Below are positions 9,337-17,998 of a DNA stretch of 32,000 bases, in pieces. Made by a program: the position numbers and the translations under genes. This stretch comes from Ferroglobus placidus DSM 10642 (lineage in GTDB: Archaea; Halobacteriota; Archaeoglobi; Archaeoglobales; Archaeoglobaceae), in the NCBI RefSeq assembly GCF_000025505.1, contig NC_013849.1, positions 1,530,001 to 1,562,000 of the forward strand. The letters run 5' to 3'. How positions within the stretch are numbered: the first letter of the stretch is position 1; each line of letters begins with the position of its first letter. The notes under the pieces were generated by a model. That model saw nothing but the letters and a program-made list of their open reading frames with translations, had not been told where the DNA came from and ran no database searches.

Positions 9337-9582
9337 CTATATGGTGAGGTTGTAAGCGTTCAGCGACATGTTGTAGGCGATTTCTTCTTCTAAGGTTCCT
9401 CTTTCAGCCCACTCGTGTTTTGCTACATTCAGCAAAACTATTTTCAATTCCTGAACTTCTCCGGCTTGAAGCGATTTAGTTAATACGTAAGCGTCCAGTT
9501 CCGGCTTGTCGGTAACGACAACGCCGTTAGCCGAGCCAAAAATTGAAATCAGAAAAATTGCGACAAAAAGGATTTTTCTCAT
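9337..9582 (-). CDS. Signal-peptide-bearing N-terminal fragment of the surface protein, ending at an in-frame TAG
   Basis: The sequence starts MRKILFVAIFLISIFGSANG, followed by another ...IVLLNVAKHE strand motif. There is an ATGA overlap with the permease stop. The stop TAG at 9337-9339 is followed by 12 open in-frame codons leading into the 8008-9300 ORF. Confidence 0.7.
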   Translation of the reverse strand: MRKILFVAIFLISIFGSANGVVVTDKPELDAYVLTKSLQAGEVQELKIVLLNVAKHEWAERGTLEEEIAYNMSLNAYNLTI

Positions 9583-10679
9583 TTCCTACCACCCCCTACA
9601 ACTTTTCTTAACAGCGTAACCGCTATAGAAATGCTTACGAGAGTGTAGAGGAGTAAAATCGCTATGTGTGGATAAACGACCTCCAAGCCGTTCCCCTTTA
9701 TCATAACTTCTCTAAAAGCTATGTTCGCATAAGTCAGAGGTACGAAGTAGGATATCATTCTCGCTCCTTCGGGCATGCTTTCCAGCGGGTAGAAAAATCC
9801 GGAGAGGAATATGCTGATTAAAGCGAAGAGCATCGAAGCCTGAATACCTTGAAGTTGCGTTGCTGAAACTGCCGAAATAGCGAGTCCAACGCCTATCGAG
9901 CCTGTGAGAAAAAGAAGTTGAGCGAGTATGAGAAGGAAAATATTTCCTCTTATCTCCACGTCAAAAGCGAAGTGGGTTATCGCCATGACTACAAAAACGT
10001 CGAGCATAATTATCGACGTTACGGCAGCAAACTTCCCCAGAATTAGCTCGGAACTTTTAAGCGGCGTTGAGAAAATTAACTCCAGAGTTCCTTCTTCCTT
10101 TTCTCTTGCAACGGAACTCGAAGATAAAATCAAACCGAGCATTTGAGTTACAACACCGATAATAGCTGGAGCGATGAAATCTATTAGCCTCGTTTTTGTC
10201 GTGAAAACGTACCTCTGCTCAACTCTTATCCCGCCGAAAAAACTCCTCGAGAGTTCTGAGGATATCGCGTTAATTCCTTCAATCACCGATTTCGCCACGT
10301 TGTAGTTTGATTCGTCGACGTAGACTTCTATCGAGGCTGAACCGTTTCTAAACTCTCTTTCAAAGTTTCTGGGAATGTAGATGGCGGAATGAACTTTTCC
10401 AAGCTTTACGAGTTCTACAGCCTCGCTCCTGCTGTAAACGAAGTATTTTATGTCGAAGGCATCGCTCGAATGCAGAGCGTAAACGAGCTTTAGAGAAAGT
10501 TCGCTACCGTCCTCATCAACAACCGCGACACCCACGTTCTTTATTTCTCCGGAAAAAGCGTAACCGAAAACGGAGACGAGTATTATCGGTTGCATGATTA
10601 TTATAGCGAGCAACCTCCTCTCCCTCGCCACAACCCTCAGCTCCTTGACGAATACCGAGTATATTTTTTCAGCCCTCAT
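9579..10679 (-). CDS. ABC-2 type transporter permease
   Basis: 366 aa. An N-terminal TM helix and a large extracytoplasmic loop are followed by about 5 C-terminal TM helices, the typical ABC-2 / NatB-like architecture. It overlaps the ATPase gene by 4 nt. Confidence 0.85.
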   Translation of the reverse strand: MRAEKIYSVFVKELRVVARERRLLAIIIMQPIILVSVFGYAFSGEIKNVGVAVVDEDGSELSLKLVYALHSSDAFDIKYFVYSRSEAVELVKLGKVHSAIYIPRNFEREFRNGSASIEVYVDESNYNVAKSVIEGINAISSELSRSFFGGIRVEQRYVFTTKTRLIDFIAPAIIGVVTQMLGLILSSSSVAREKEEGTLELIFSTPLKSSELILGKFAAVTSIIMLDVFVVMAITHFAFDVEIRGNIFLLILAQLLFLTGSIGVGLAISAVSATQLQGIQASMLFALISIFLSGFFYPLESMPEGARMISYFVPLTYANIAFREVMIKGNGLEVVYPHIAILLLYTLVSISIAVTLLRKVVGGGRK

Positions 10680-11542
10680 TTTTCCACCAGTTTCAAAAAA
10701 GCTTCCTCGAGGGACGCTTTTACTATCTCCACTTCTTCCACTTCAACTCCTTCTCTTCTCAGAACTTCGACTACCTTCGAAATTTCCCGCGAAGCTAACG
10801 TAGTTTTTACTGCAATCGAATCATCGACTTCAACCTCGTAACCCAGCGATGAAAGCAATTTAGCCGCTTTCCGCTTGTCGTCGACCTTAACTTTTATTAT
10901 TTCTCCACCAATAGCTTTTCTTTTTACGTCCTCTGGACTCCCTTCGGCTATCTTCTCCCCGTTTCTCATTAAGACTATCCTATCGCACTTCTCCGCCTCG
11001 TCCATGTAATGAGTTGTGACCAGAATTGTTTTACCTTCAGCATTCAACCTCTCAAAATACTCCCAGAAGGTTTTTCTCAGCGGAGGATCGACTCCTGCGG
11101 TTGGCTCATCGAGAATTAGCAAGTCGGGATCGTGAATCATAGCGCAGGCAAGCATCGCTCTCTGTCTCATTCCGCCGCTAAGATTTTTTACGAGCCTGTT
11201 TCTAAATTCGTACAAGTCCACGAGCTTTAACAACTCCTCAATTCTCTGCTTAGCTTCTTTTACTCCGTGTAGTGATGCGAAAAACTTCATGTTTTCCTCG
11301 ACTGTCAGGTTTAAGTAAAGGGGGGAGTTTTGAGGCATCCAGCCTATCGAATCGGCGTAAACTTCGATTTTTCCCTCGTAAGGCACCATTCCAAAAATCG
11401 CTCTTATCGTAGTTGTTTTTCCAGCTCCGTTCGGTCCGAGCAAACCAAAAATTTCTCCCCTTTTAACTCTCAAACTGAAATTATTTACGGCAACGAAGTT
11501 TCCGAACTTCACCATGAGATTTTCGATCTCAAGAGCGTTCAT
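10676..11542 (-). CDS. ABC transporter ATP-binding protein (ABC-2 subfamily)
   Basis: Walker A is GPNGAGKTT, the signature is LSGGMRQR and Walker B is LLILDEPT, with a C-terminal accessory domain. I prefer the ATG at 11542 over the TTG at 11563 given in the ORF track. Confidence 0.92.
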   Translation of the reverse strand: MNALEIENLMVKFGNFVAVNNFSLRVKRGEIFGLLGPNGAGKTTTIRAIFGMVPYEGKIEVYADSIGWMPQNSPLYLNLTVEENMKFFASLHGVKEAKQRIEELLKLVDLYEFRNRLVKNLSGGMRQRAMLACAMIHDPDLLILDEPTAGVDPPLRKTFWEYFERLNAEGKTILVTTHYMDEAEKCDRIVLMRNGEKIAEGSPEDVKRKAIGGEIIKVKVDDKRKAAKLLSSLGYEVEVDDSIAVKTTLASREISKVVEVLRREGVEVEEVEIVKASLEEAFLKLVEK

Positions 11543-11561
11543 TTGCTTAAAAAATAACGGC

Positions 11562-11576
11562 AAATTTTAAAAAATT
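11562..11576. promoter_or_regulatory. Central A/T tract in the divergent intergenic region; candidate shared or back-to-back TATA element
   Basis: aaattttaaaaaatt lies at the midpoint of the 55-bp intergenic region. It is about 28 nt from both the ATG at 11542 (-) and the ATG at 11598 (+). Confidence 0.45.
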
Positions 11577-11597
11577 GTTGTCACTAAAGTTAGTTAC

Positions 11598-12359
11598 ATG
11601 ATTGAATTAGGGGAAGTGGTGGACAAGTTGAAAAGCTTAGGTCTAACTTCTTATGAAGCAAAAGCCCTCGTGGCTCTTTTACGTTTGAATGAAGCTACCG
11701 CAAGGGAAGTAAGCGAAAACACCGGAATTCCGAGAACGAAAGTGTACGAGGTTTTGAGGAGACTCGCTGAGAAGGGTTTTGTAGAAATTCAACCGGGAAC
11801 ACCTACTGTTTTCAGAGCTTTGGAGCCTTTAGAGGTGGTGGATAAAATTCAGCAGGACGTCGTGAATAAAATGAGGGAGCTGGCAACTTTGATGAAGAAA
11901 ATAAACGTGGAAAAGAAAAATGAAGCTCACCACGTTTGGGTTTCGAAGGGGAGGTTTGCCGTTGAGAGTAAGTTGAAGGAGATTTTAGACGGTGTGAAGA
12001 AAGAAGTCCTTTTGTTTTTGATAGATCCCCAGTTCAAACTTGATCTGCCGAAGTCGAAGGTTTCTAAAGTCTTGCTGTACGAAAAAGTAGCTTTGGAGAT
12101 TGACTCGTTTAAAGTAATTGACAAAGAAAAGTTGAAGAACGCTGACGAATTTTACAGAAAGTTCGCCAAGCTAATTGAAGGTTACGTGATCAACAATGTA
12201 GAATACAAGCCGAAGCTTTTAGTTATCGCAGACGACGAAAAATCTCTTTTGATTTTCGGGGAAGGGGGTAGACTCGTGGCGATTTCGATTTCGATACCGC
12301 TGATAGTTCTGTTGCAGAAAGCGATGTTTGAAAGCCTCTGGGATAACTTCACTATCTGA
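11598..12359 (+). CDS. TrmB-family transcriptional regulator
   Basis: The N-terminal winged HTH is LGLTSYEAKALVALLRLNEATAREVSENTGIPRTKVYEVLRRLAEKGFVE, followed by a coiled linker and a TrmB-like C-terminal domain. Confidence 0.88.
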   Translation: MIELGEVVDKLKSLGLTSYEAKALVALLRLNEATAREVSENTGIPRTKVYEVLRRLAEKGFVEIQPGTPTVFRALEPLEVVDKIQQDVVNKMRELATLMKKINVEKKNEAHHVWVSKGRFAVESKLKEILDGVKKEVLLFLIDPQFKLDLPKSKVSKVLLYEKVALEIDSFKVIDKEKLKNADEFYRKFAKLIEGYVINNVEYKPKLLVIADDEKSLLIFGEGGRLVAISISIPLIVLLQKAMFESLWDNFTI

Positions 12360-14115
12360 AGTAGTAATAGTACTCTCCGGCAGCCTTTTGCTCTCTGTCG
12401 AGCCTCGATCCCAGCTTGTTCACGCGAGGTCTTTTAGTCTCTTCGTCCCTTCTGAAAGTTATTCCGAGTTCCGCCAGGAACTTGTTCATTCCGTCTCTCA
12501 TGCTCATCGGCTTGGAAGCTTTTCCTCTCACTCCGGGAATTCCGGAAAAAACGATTAGTCTGTCGGAAATTAAGTCTATCAGATATATGTCGTGATCGAC
12601 AACGAAAACGCTCTTCGAGTTGTTCATCGCAAACCTCTTCAGCAATCTCGAAACTTCTGCTCTCTGCTCAACGTCGAGGTGTGCTGAGGGTTCGTCTAAG
12701 AAGTAGATGTCAGCTTCTCTAAGCAAGCAAGCTGCTATAGCCACTCTCTGAAGCTCTCCACCGCTCAGCTCGTCCAAGTTCTTGTCCATGAGCTTCTCAA
12801 GCTGCAAAGGCTTCACGAACTCAGTTTTGTAGTAGGAGCTATCTATCATCGGGTTTATGCTCCTCAGGAAATCTCTAACCTGCATGCTAACGTCAGCTTT
12901 GACGTATTGCGGTTTGTATGAAACTTTCAACTCCAGCTCGACCTTCTCTTCATCATCCTTTAGAACCCCAGCCAGAACCTTGACGAAGGTGGACTTTCCG
13001 GTTGCGTTTCTCCCTACTATCCCTATTACTTCTCCTTCTCTTATATCCCCACTTTCAGCTTCAAGAACAAAGTCCTTGTAGGATTTTCTAAAGGAAGGAT
13101 ACTCAAAAACAACTTTTTCCAGCTCGCTCTCCCTCGGCTGCAAGACTTCGAATTCGATCGGCTTCTCTCTAATTCTGATGTTCTCCTCAACCAAGTAGCC
13201 TCGGAGGTACTGGTTTATTCCGACTCTCGTCCCCTTCGCGTTCGTTATAACTCCGTAAACTCCCGGCTCGCCGTAGGAGATGTGAATGAAGTCCGTTAAC
13301 ATGTCGAGAATCGCCAAATCGTGCTCAACAACCATCACAGGCTTTTTATCTGCAATCTCCTTCACGACTTTTGCGGCGTTTATCCTTTCGTATATGTCCA
13401 GGTAAGATGTGATTTCGTCCAAAAAGTAGAAATCAGCTTCTCTAAGCAAGCAAGCTGCTATAGCCACTCTCTGAAGCTCTCCACCGCTCAGCTCGTTTAT
13501 GTCCCTTTTCACCGCTTCCTTCAAATTCAGCTTTTCCACAATTTCATCAAAAGCGTTCCTTTCGTCAACTCTCCTCAGCAGTTCTCCTGCATTTCCCTTG
13601 TAAACCTTCGGTATAGCTTCGATGTACTGCGGCTTGACGCTAACTCTAATATTTCCGTCGGCGAGCTCCTTTAAGTAGTTGAAGAGCTCCGTCCCAGAAA
13701 ACCTCTCTAAAATTTCGTCCCACTCAGCCTTCTCTTTCCCCAAATTCGGTTTTAGCTGACCGGATAAAATTCTCAAAGCCGTGCTCTTTCCGGTTCCGTT
13801 AGCTCCGAGAAGTCCGACCACGTATCCTTTCCTCGGAATTGGCAAATTGTACAAAACGAATCCGTTTTTACCGTATCTGTGAACTTCCTTTCCTTCAAGT
13901 TCCCTCGGCAATCCGATTATAGCTATTGCTTTGAAGGGACACTTCTTGACGCAAATTCCGCATCCGACGCAAAGTTCTTCGCTTATTACGGCTTTCTCCT
14001 CTATTTTTATTGTCTCGTCTCCGGTTCTGACTTTTGGGCAGTATTTCAAGCACTCGTGACTGCACTTCTTCGGCTGACACCTATCTTTGTCGACAACAGC
14101 TATTCTATAACTCAT
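12352..14115 (-). CDS. abce1: ABCE1 / RNase L inhibitor homolog (ribosome recycling ATPase)
   Basis: The N-terminus has two 4Fe-4S motifs (CVGCGICVKKCP and the CxxxCP context). Two NBDs carry Walker A GANGTGKST and GRNATGKST, and LSGGELQRVAIAA occurs twice. Confidence 0.95.
   Translation of the reverse strand: MSYRIAVVDKDRCQPKKCSHECLKYCPKVRTGDETIKIEEKAVISEELCVGCGICVKKCPFKAIAIIGLPRELEGKEVHRYGKNGFVLYNLPIPRKGYVVGLLGANGTGKSTALRILSGQLKPNLGKEKAEWDEILERFSGTELFNYLKELADGNIRVSVKPQYIEAIPKVYKGNAGELLRRVDERNAFDEIVEKLNLKEAVKRDINELSGGELQRVAIAACLLREADFYFLDEITSYLDIYERINAAKVVKEIADKKPVMVVEHDLAILDMLTDFIHISYGEPGVYGVITNAKGTRVGINQYLRGYLVEENIRIREKPIEFEVLQPRESELEKVVFEYPSFRKSYKDFVLEAESGDIREGEVIGIVGRNATGKSTFVKVLAGVLKDDEEKVELELKVSYKPQYVKADVSMQVRDFLRSINPMIDSSYYKTEFVKPLQLEKLMDKNLDELSGGELQRVAIAACLLREADIYFLDEPSAHLDVEQRAEVSRLLKRFAMNNSKSVFVVDHDIYLIDLISDRLIVFSGIPGVRGKASKPMSMRDGMNKFLAELGITFRRDEETKRPRVNKLGSRLDREQKAAGEYYYYFR
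12710..12773. repeat. Copy 1 of a perfect 64-nt intragenic direct repeat in ABCE1 (NBD2 signature region)
   Basis: tcagcttctctaagcaagcaagctgctatagccactctctgaagctctccaccgctcagctcgt is identical to 13433-13496. Confidence 0.9.
13433..13496. repeat. Copy 2 of a perfect 64-nt intragenic direct repeat in ABCE1 (NBD1 signature region)
   Basis: Identical to 12710-12773, offset by 723 nt (241 codons). Both copies encode ELSGGELQRVAIAACLLREAD. Confidence 0.9.
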
Positions 14116-14148
14116 TCGGGGTAAGCTAAGGAGTGCGAAATATAAGGG

Positions 14149-15003
14149 TTATTTTTCCTCCAACTCCTTCAGGATTTTCTCGAACTCTTCGTAGGGCTTC
14201 GCTCCTTCAACGACCTTTCCGTTTACGAAAAACGTCGGCGTACCTCTAACTCCAAGCTTTATTCCTTCTTCCTTGTCTTTCAAAACCTCCTCCCTATACT
14301 TATCCGAATTCAGACAAATTTCGAACTCGCTCACGTTCAGTCCGAGCTCCTTGGCGTATTCTAAAAGCTTGCTCTCGTTTTTTCTCCACTCTTCCTGTCG
14401 CTGAAAGAGAACGTCGTGGTACTCCCAGTACTTCCCCTGCTCTCCCGCACAATTTGCTGCTTCGTGAGCCTTCACTTCTCCATGGATTGGAAAGTCTTTG
14501 AAAACAACTTTGACGCTGAAGTTTTGCAGAATTTTTGGAAGAGTTTCCAGAGCGAACTTCGCACAGAACGGGCAGTCGTAGCTGGAGAACTCCACTATAG
14601 TAATCTTCGCGTTCGGATCTCCTTTCCAAGGTTCGTTTTCGACGTCAATTAATTTTTCAGCTTTTTCATTTTCGACTTCTCCGCTCAAATCGAACTTCCC
14701 GATAAAGAGGTACTTCCCGTCTTTCGTAACGTAAACGGAGTCGTAGCCTAAAGTGTTTCCGTCTTTGGAGAATTCGAGATCGAAAACGTAAAAGCCATCC
14801 TCTTCGCTCACGTTAACGATTTTAGCCTCAATTCCCGGCTTAAGCAAATTTGTATTTACGAAGTTGACGACCTTTTCCTCTATCTCAGACAGAGAAGATT
14901 TTTCGATCTTCTCCTTGCTGCCGTAATTTACAGCGTATCCGGCAGCGAATCCGAGAACGAAGATTATCGCGAGTACTGCCAAATTCTTACCGCTTAAATC
15001 CAT
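14149..15003 (-). CDS. Membrane-anchored DsbA/thioredoxin-fold thiol:disulfide oxidoreductase
   Basis: The N-terminal TM anchor is LAVLAIIFVLGFAAGYAV. The active site is SSYDCPFCAKF (CPFC), and GTPTFFVNG is a cis-Pro loop region. Confidence 0.85.
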   Translation of the reverse strand: MDLSGKNLAVLAIIFVLGFAAGYAVNYGSKEKIEKSSLSEIEEKVVNFVNTNLLKPGIEAKIVNVSEEDGFYVFDLEFSKDGNTLGYDSVYVTKDGKYLFIGKFDLSGEVENEKAEKLIDVENEPWKGDPNAKITIVEFSSYDCPFCAKFALETLPKILQNFSVKVVFKDFPIHGEVKAHEAANCAGEQGKYWEYHDVLFQRQEEWRKNESKLLEYAKELGLNVSEFEICLNSDKYREEVLKDKEEGIKLGVRGTPTFFVNGKVVEGAKPYEEFEKILKELEEK

Positions 15004-15085
15004 GCACTATCTAAAGGCTAACACAATAAAACGTTTTTCCAAGATATATAGAAAAACTAAAGAGCGTTAAGATTTTTTTAAAGCT

Positions 15086-15862
15086 ATGCTGAAGGTCGAA
15101 AAAATTGAAGACGTTGAGAAGGTAGAGATGGGAACCGAAATAAATGGGGTGATTTTCTTAACCACCTGCGCCTACGTTTATTCGGACATGGTTTTCGACT
15201 CAGGATGCTCCAACGCAAGGAAGGAATTTCGGGACTTCGTTATTCGAAGAAACTTGGATGATTTGAGCGTATATTTAACGCACTTTCACGAAGATCACGC
15301 AGGAAATGCGGAACTCTTCAATTTAATAAGGGCTGGAGAAGAGACGAAAAAAATACTCGTTAGAGGGTACGACGTTCCTCCTTACAGAAAGGCTGTTTGG
15401 GGAGATTTCGAACCTCTGAGAGGTAAAAATATCGAAGAGCCGGACGTAGACTTCATTGAAGCTCCAGGACACTCTCACGACCACCTCGTATACTTCATCG
15501 ATGACTACGCTTTCGTTGGAGACCTCGTAGTGACGATGAAGCCACAGGTCTCTTTCGTTTCGGAAAAATTCGTTCAAATAATTGATTCCATTGAGAATCT
15601 GCTAAAAAGGGATTTCGAAGTCGCCTTCGGAGGTCACGGGGTTTTCAGCAGAGAAGAGGTTGAGGGCTATCTTGCGTACCTGAAAAATTTGAGGGAAGAG
15701 TGTTTGGAGCTTTACGAGAAAGGTTTGAGCTTTATCGAAATATACGAGAGAGTTATAGGAAAACCGAGCAACAAAGCGATGATGTTTGAAACCTTTAGCA
15801 GTGGGGAGTGGAGTAGAGAGAGGCTGATTAAGTCGCTTATAAGCGTTTTACAAGTTGAGTAA
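15086..15862 (+). CDS. Metallo-beta-lactamase fold hydrolase
   Basis: The HxHxDH motif is THFHEDHAGN, with downstream PGHSHDH and GGHG metal ligands. Confidence 0.85.
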   Translation: MLKVEKIEDVEKVEMGTEINGVIFLTTCAYVYSDMVFDSGCSNARKEFRDFVIRRNLDDLSVYLTHFHEDHAGNAELFNLIRAGEETKKILVRGYDVPPYRKAVWGDFEPLRGKNIEEPDVDFIEAPGHSHDHLVYFIDDYAFVGDLVVTMKPQVSFVSEKFVQIIDSIENLLKRDFEVAFGGHGVFSREEVEGYLAYLKNLREECLELYEKGLSFIEIYERVIGKPSNKAMMFETFSSGEWSRERLIKSLISVLQVE

Positions 15863-16090
15863 AAGCGTCCAGCTAACGTACCAGCTGCAGAGAGAAAGGA
15901 AGAATATAGCCACCCAGTCCTTGGTTTCTATCTTCTCTCCTAACTTGGGGAGTATGAACTTGTGGATGTAAACGAATGCCATGAGAACGACTATTCCTAT
16001 CGCATCCCTCGTCCTGAGGTCTTGAGTTATTAGGTAAGAGATGATTCCAGCCAGCGCTCCGAGCAGTATTGGAAGATACGTCTTCTTCAT
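15848..16090 (-). CDS. Small membrane protein with three predicted TM helices
   Basis: I prefer the ATG at 16090. It is preceded by GGTGAGGG, which overlaps the thrS stop, whereas the longer ORF-track start would overlap thrS. The product is hydrophobic and about 80 aa. Confidence 0.6.
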   Translation of the reverse strand: MKKTYLPILLGALAGIISYLITQDLRTRDAIGIVVLMAFVYIHKFILPKLGEKIETKDWVAIFFLSLCSWYVSWTLLLNL

Positions 16091-16095
16091 TTCCC

Positions 16096-17952
16096 TCACC
16101 TGAAGGACGGTCTCTTCGAGAGGAGCATCGGAAGTGGTAGAGGTTTGAACGGTTTTCCTTCGCACTCCTTCTTTATCCTCTCCACAAGTTCTTCGACGCT
16201 CATTTCAACTCTCTTCTGCTCTTTCAACGTCGACTCGCTTCTCACCGTTACGGTAAGCTTTCCGCTTTCGAGCTCCTTATCTCCTATAACTGCTATGTAG
16301 GGAATCCATTCCGTGGCAGCGTCTCTTATCTTCTTCGAGACAGTCTCCTCTCTATCGTCCACGTCCACTCTTATCTTGTTCTTCTTCAGAACCTCGGCGA
16401 CTTCTAAAGCTCTGTCCATGTGTCTTTCGGAGACCGGAATAACTCTAACCTGCGTAGGAGAGAGCCAAACGGGAAGCATCGGCAGTTTTCCTTTCTCCAT
16501 CTCCATGTGAGCTTTTTCGAGCAGAGCGTACATAACTCTTTCAACAGCACCGCTGGCGGAGCAGTGAAGTATGAGCGGAGTTCTTTTCTCCCCTTTCTCG
16601 TCGTAGTAGTAAATTCCGTACCTTTCGGCGTTCTCAACGTCGATTTGCACCGTGCTTAAAGCTGAAGCTTTATCCAGGGCATCGACGAAGTTGAATTCGA
16701 ACTTCAGAACGAAGTAGAAAAATCTTCTGTCCCACATCTCGATGAGTATCGGCTTCTTCAGAACATCCACGAGGGAGTAAATGAAATCTTTGTTCTCCTC
16801 GAAGAAGTCCTTGGTTACTCTTATTGCCACCTCGTAATCTTCCGGATATATTCCAAGCTCTTTGAGAACTTCAACGGAAAGCTTGTACTGTTCGAAGAAC
16901 TCCCTCTTAGCCTCCTCCATGTCCTTCACTATCGTGTGCATGTCCGGCATCGTAAAAGCTCTCAACCTCCTTAGTCCAACCAGTTCTCCCCTCTGCTCTT
17001 TTCTGAAGGAGTACCTCGTGAGCTCGTACATTCTCAGCGGAAGCGATCTGTAAGGTATAACTCCGTTAGCGGCAATTAAAAACTGTCCGAAGCAAGCTGC
17101 GAACCTCAAAAAGAAGTCCCTCTTATCTCCCTTTATTATGTACTGTCTCGCCGGGAACCTCTCCAAGTACTTCCTCAAAGTTGGATGGGCTCTGTCGTAC
17201 ATTATCGGAGTTTCTACTTCCATCGCTCCGAAGTCTACGCACTTCTCGGTTACGAAACTCTCTATCAGACTTTTAACGAGCCTTCCCTTGGGGTAATACT
17301 TTAAGTGCCCGCTGTCGCTCGCCTCTTCGTAGTCTGCAAGTTCGAGCCTCCTCATCAGCTCTACGTGGGGCGGAATTTTATCTACAGCTCTCCTCTTCTC
17401 CATTTCGTACTTCACGAACTTTCTCAGCTTTTCATAATTCGTGAAATCAAATTTATCGACTTCAACGAGTTTTTTGTCTTCGGTTAAAATGTACCAGTAG
17501 CTTACAGCCTTTTCCTCGTCCTTTAAAGCTTTAGTTACTTCTTCTTCCTCTCCTTTAATTTCCCTCGAAAGCTCGCTCAAAGGATGACCCTTACATGATA
17601 TTTCGAAGGACTTGTAATACCCGAAGGGAGCTCTGTGCACCTCGTATTCATTTTTTATCAGATCTTCCATGTATTTTAATAGCCTTACAGCAGTTTCCGG
17701 ATCGGAAAGGTTAGAAGAAAGATGAGCGTAAGGATAAAGCATTATTCTCTCAGCCTTAACCTTTTTGGCTACGTCGAGAATTTCTTCAACAGCTTTCTCA
17801 GCAACAGCCTCGTTATCTCCCTTTTCTACTGAAATAAAAGCGACGAGAACTTCATTCATCTCGTATCCTTTGCCGTCGAAATCTTCAGCAACCTTGGTCT
17901 TCTTTTTAACCTCGTACTTCATTTTGTCAGCGTGAATGAGCAAAAGCTTCAT
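16096..17952 (-). CDS. thrS: Threonyl-tRNA synthetase with an archaeal-type N-terminal editing domain
   Basis: The N-terminus is [15 protein letters not shown].... Class II core motifs are present ([21 protein letters not shown]), with a C-terminal anticodon-binding domain. Confidence 0.95.
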   Translation of the reverse strand: MKLLLIHADKMKYEVKKKTKVAEDFDGKGYEMNEVLVAFISVEKGDNEAVAEKAVEEILDVAKKVKAERIMLYPYAHLSSNLSDPETAVRLLKYMEDLIKNEYEVHRAPFGYYKSFEISCKGHPLSELSREIKGEEEEVTKALKDEEKAVSYWYILTEDKKLVEVDKFDFTNYEKLRKFVKYEMEKRRAVDKIPPHVELMRRLELADYEEASDSGHLKYYPKGRLVKSLIESFVTEKCVDFGAMEVETPIMYDRAHPTLRKYLERFPARQYIIKGDKRDFFLRFAACFGQFLIAANGVIPYRSLPLRMYELTRYSFRKEQRGELVGLRRLRAFTMPDMHTIVKDMEEAKREFFEQYKLSVEVLKELGIYPEDYEVAIRVTKDFFEENKDFIYSLVDVLKKPILIEMWDRRFFYFVLKFEFNFVDALDKASALSTVQIDVENAERYGIYYYDEKGEKRTPLILHCSASGAVERVMYALLEKAHMEMEKGKLPMLPVWLSPTQVRVIPVSERHMDRALEVAEVLKKNKIRVDVDDREETVSKKIRDAATEWIPYIAVIGDKELESGKLTVTVRSESTLKEQKRVEMSVEELVERIKKECEGKPFKPLPLPMLLSKRPSFR

Positions 17953-17998
17953 GGTTTTTCGGAAGAGACTTTGAATTAAATATTTTGCTGTTCCTCTC

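Noticed and set aside
9337-9339. Interpreting the in-frame TAG as a pyrrolysine codon.
   Set aside because: The window contains no pyl genes or PYLIS-like context that I can recognise. A surface beta-sandwich protein is not a known Pyl protein class. A pseudogene, sequencing error or simple readthrough is more parsimonious.
12328-12558. 76-aa plus-strand ORF at the trmB/ABCE1 junction.
   Set aside because: It is antisense to the conserved ABCE1 C-terminus and overlaps the trmB 3' end. It has S/L-rich composition.
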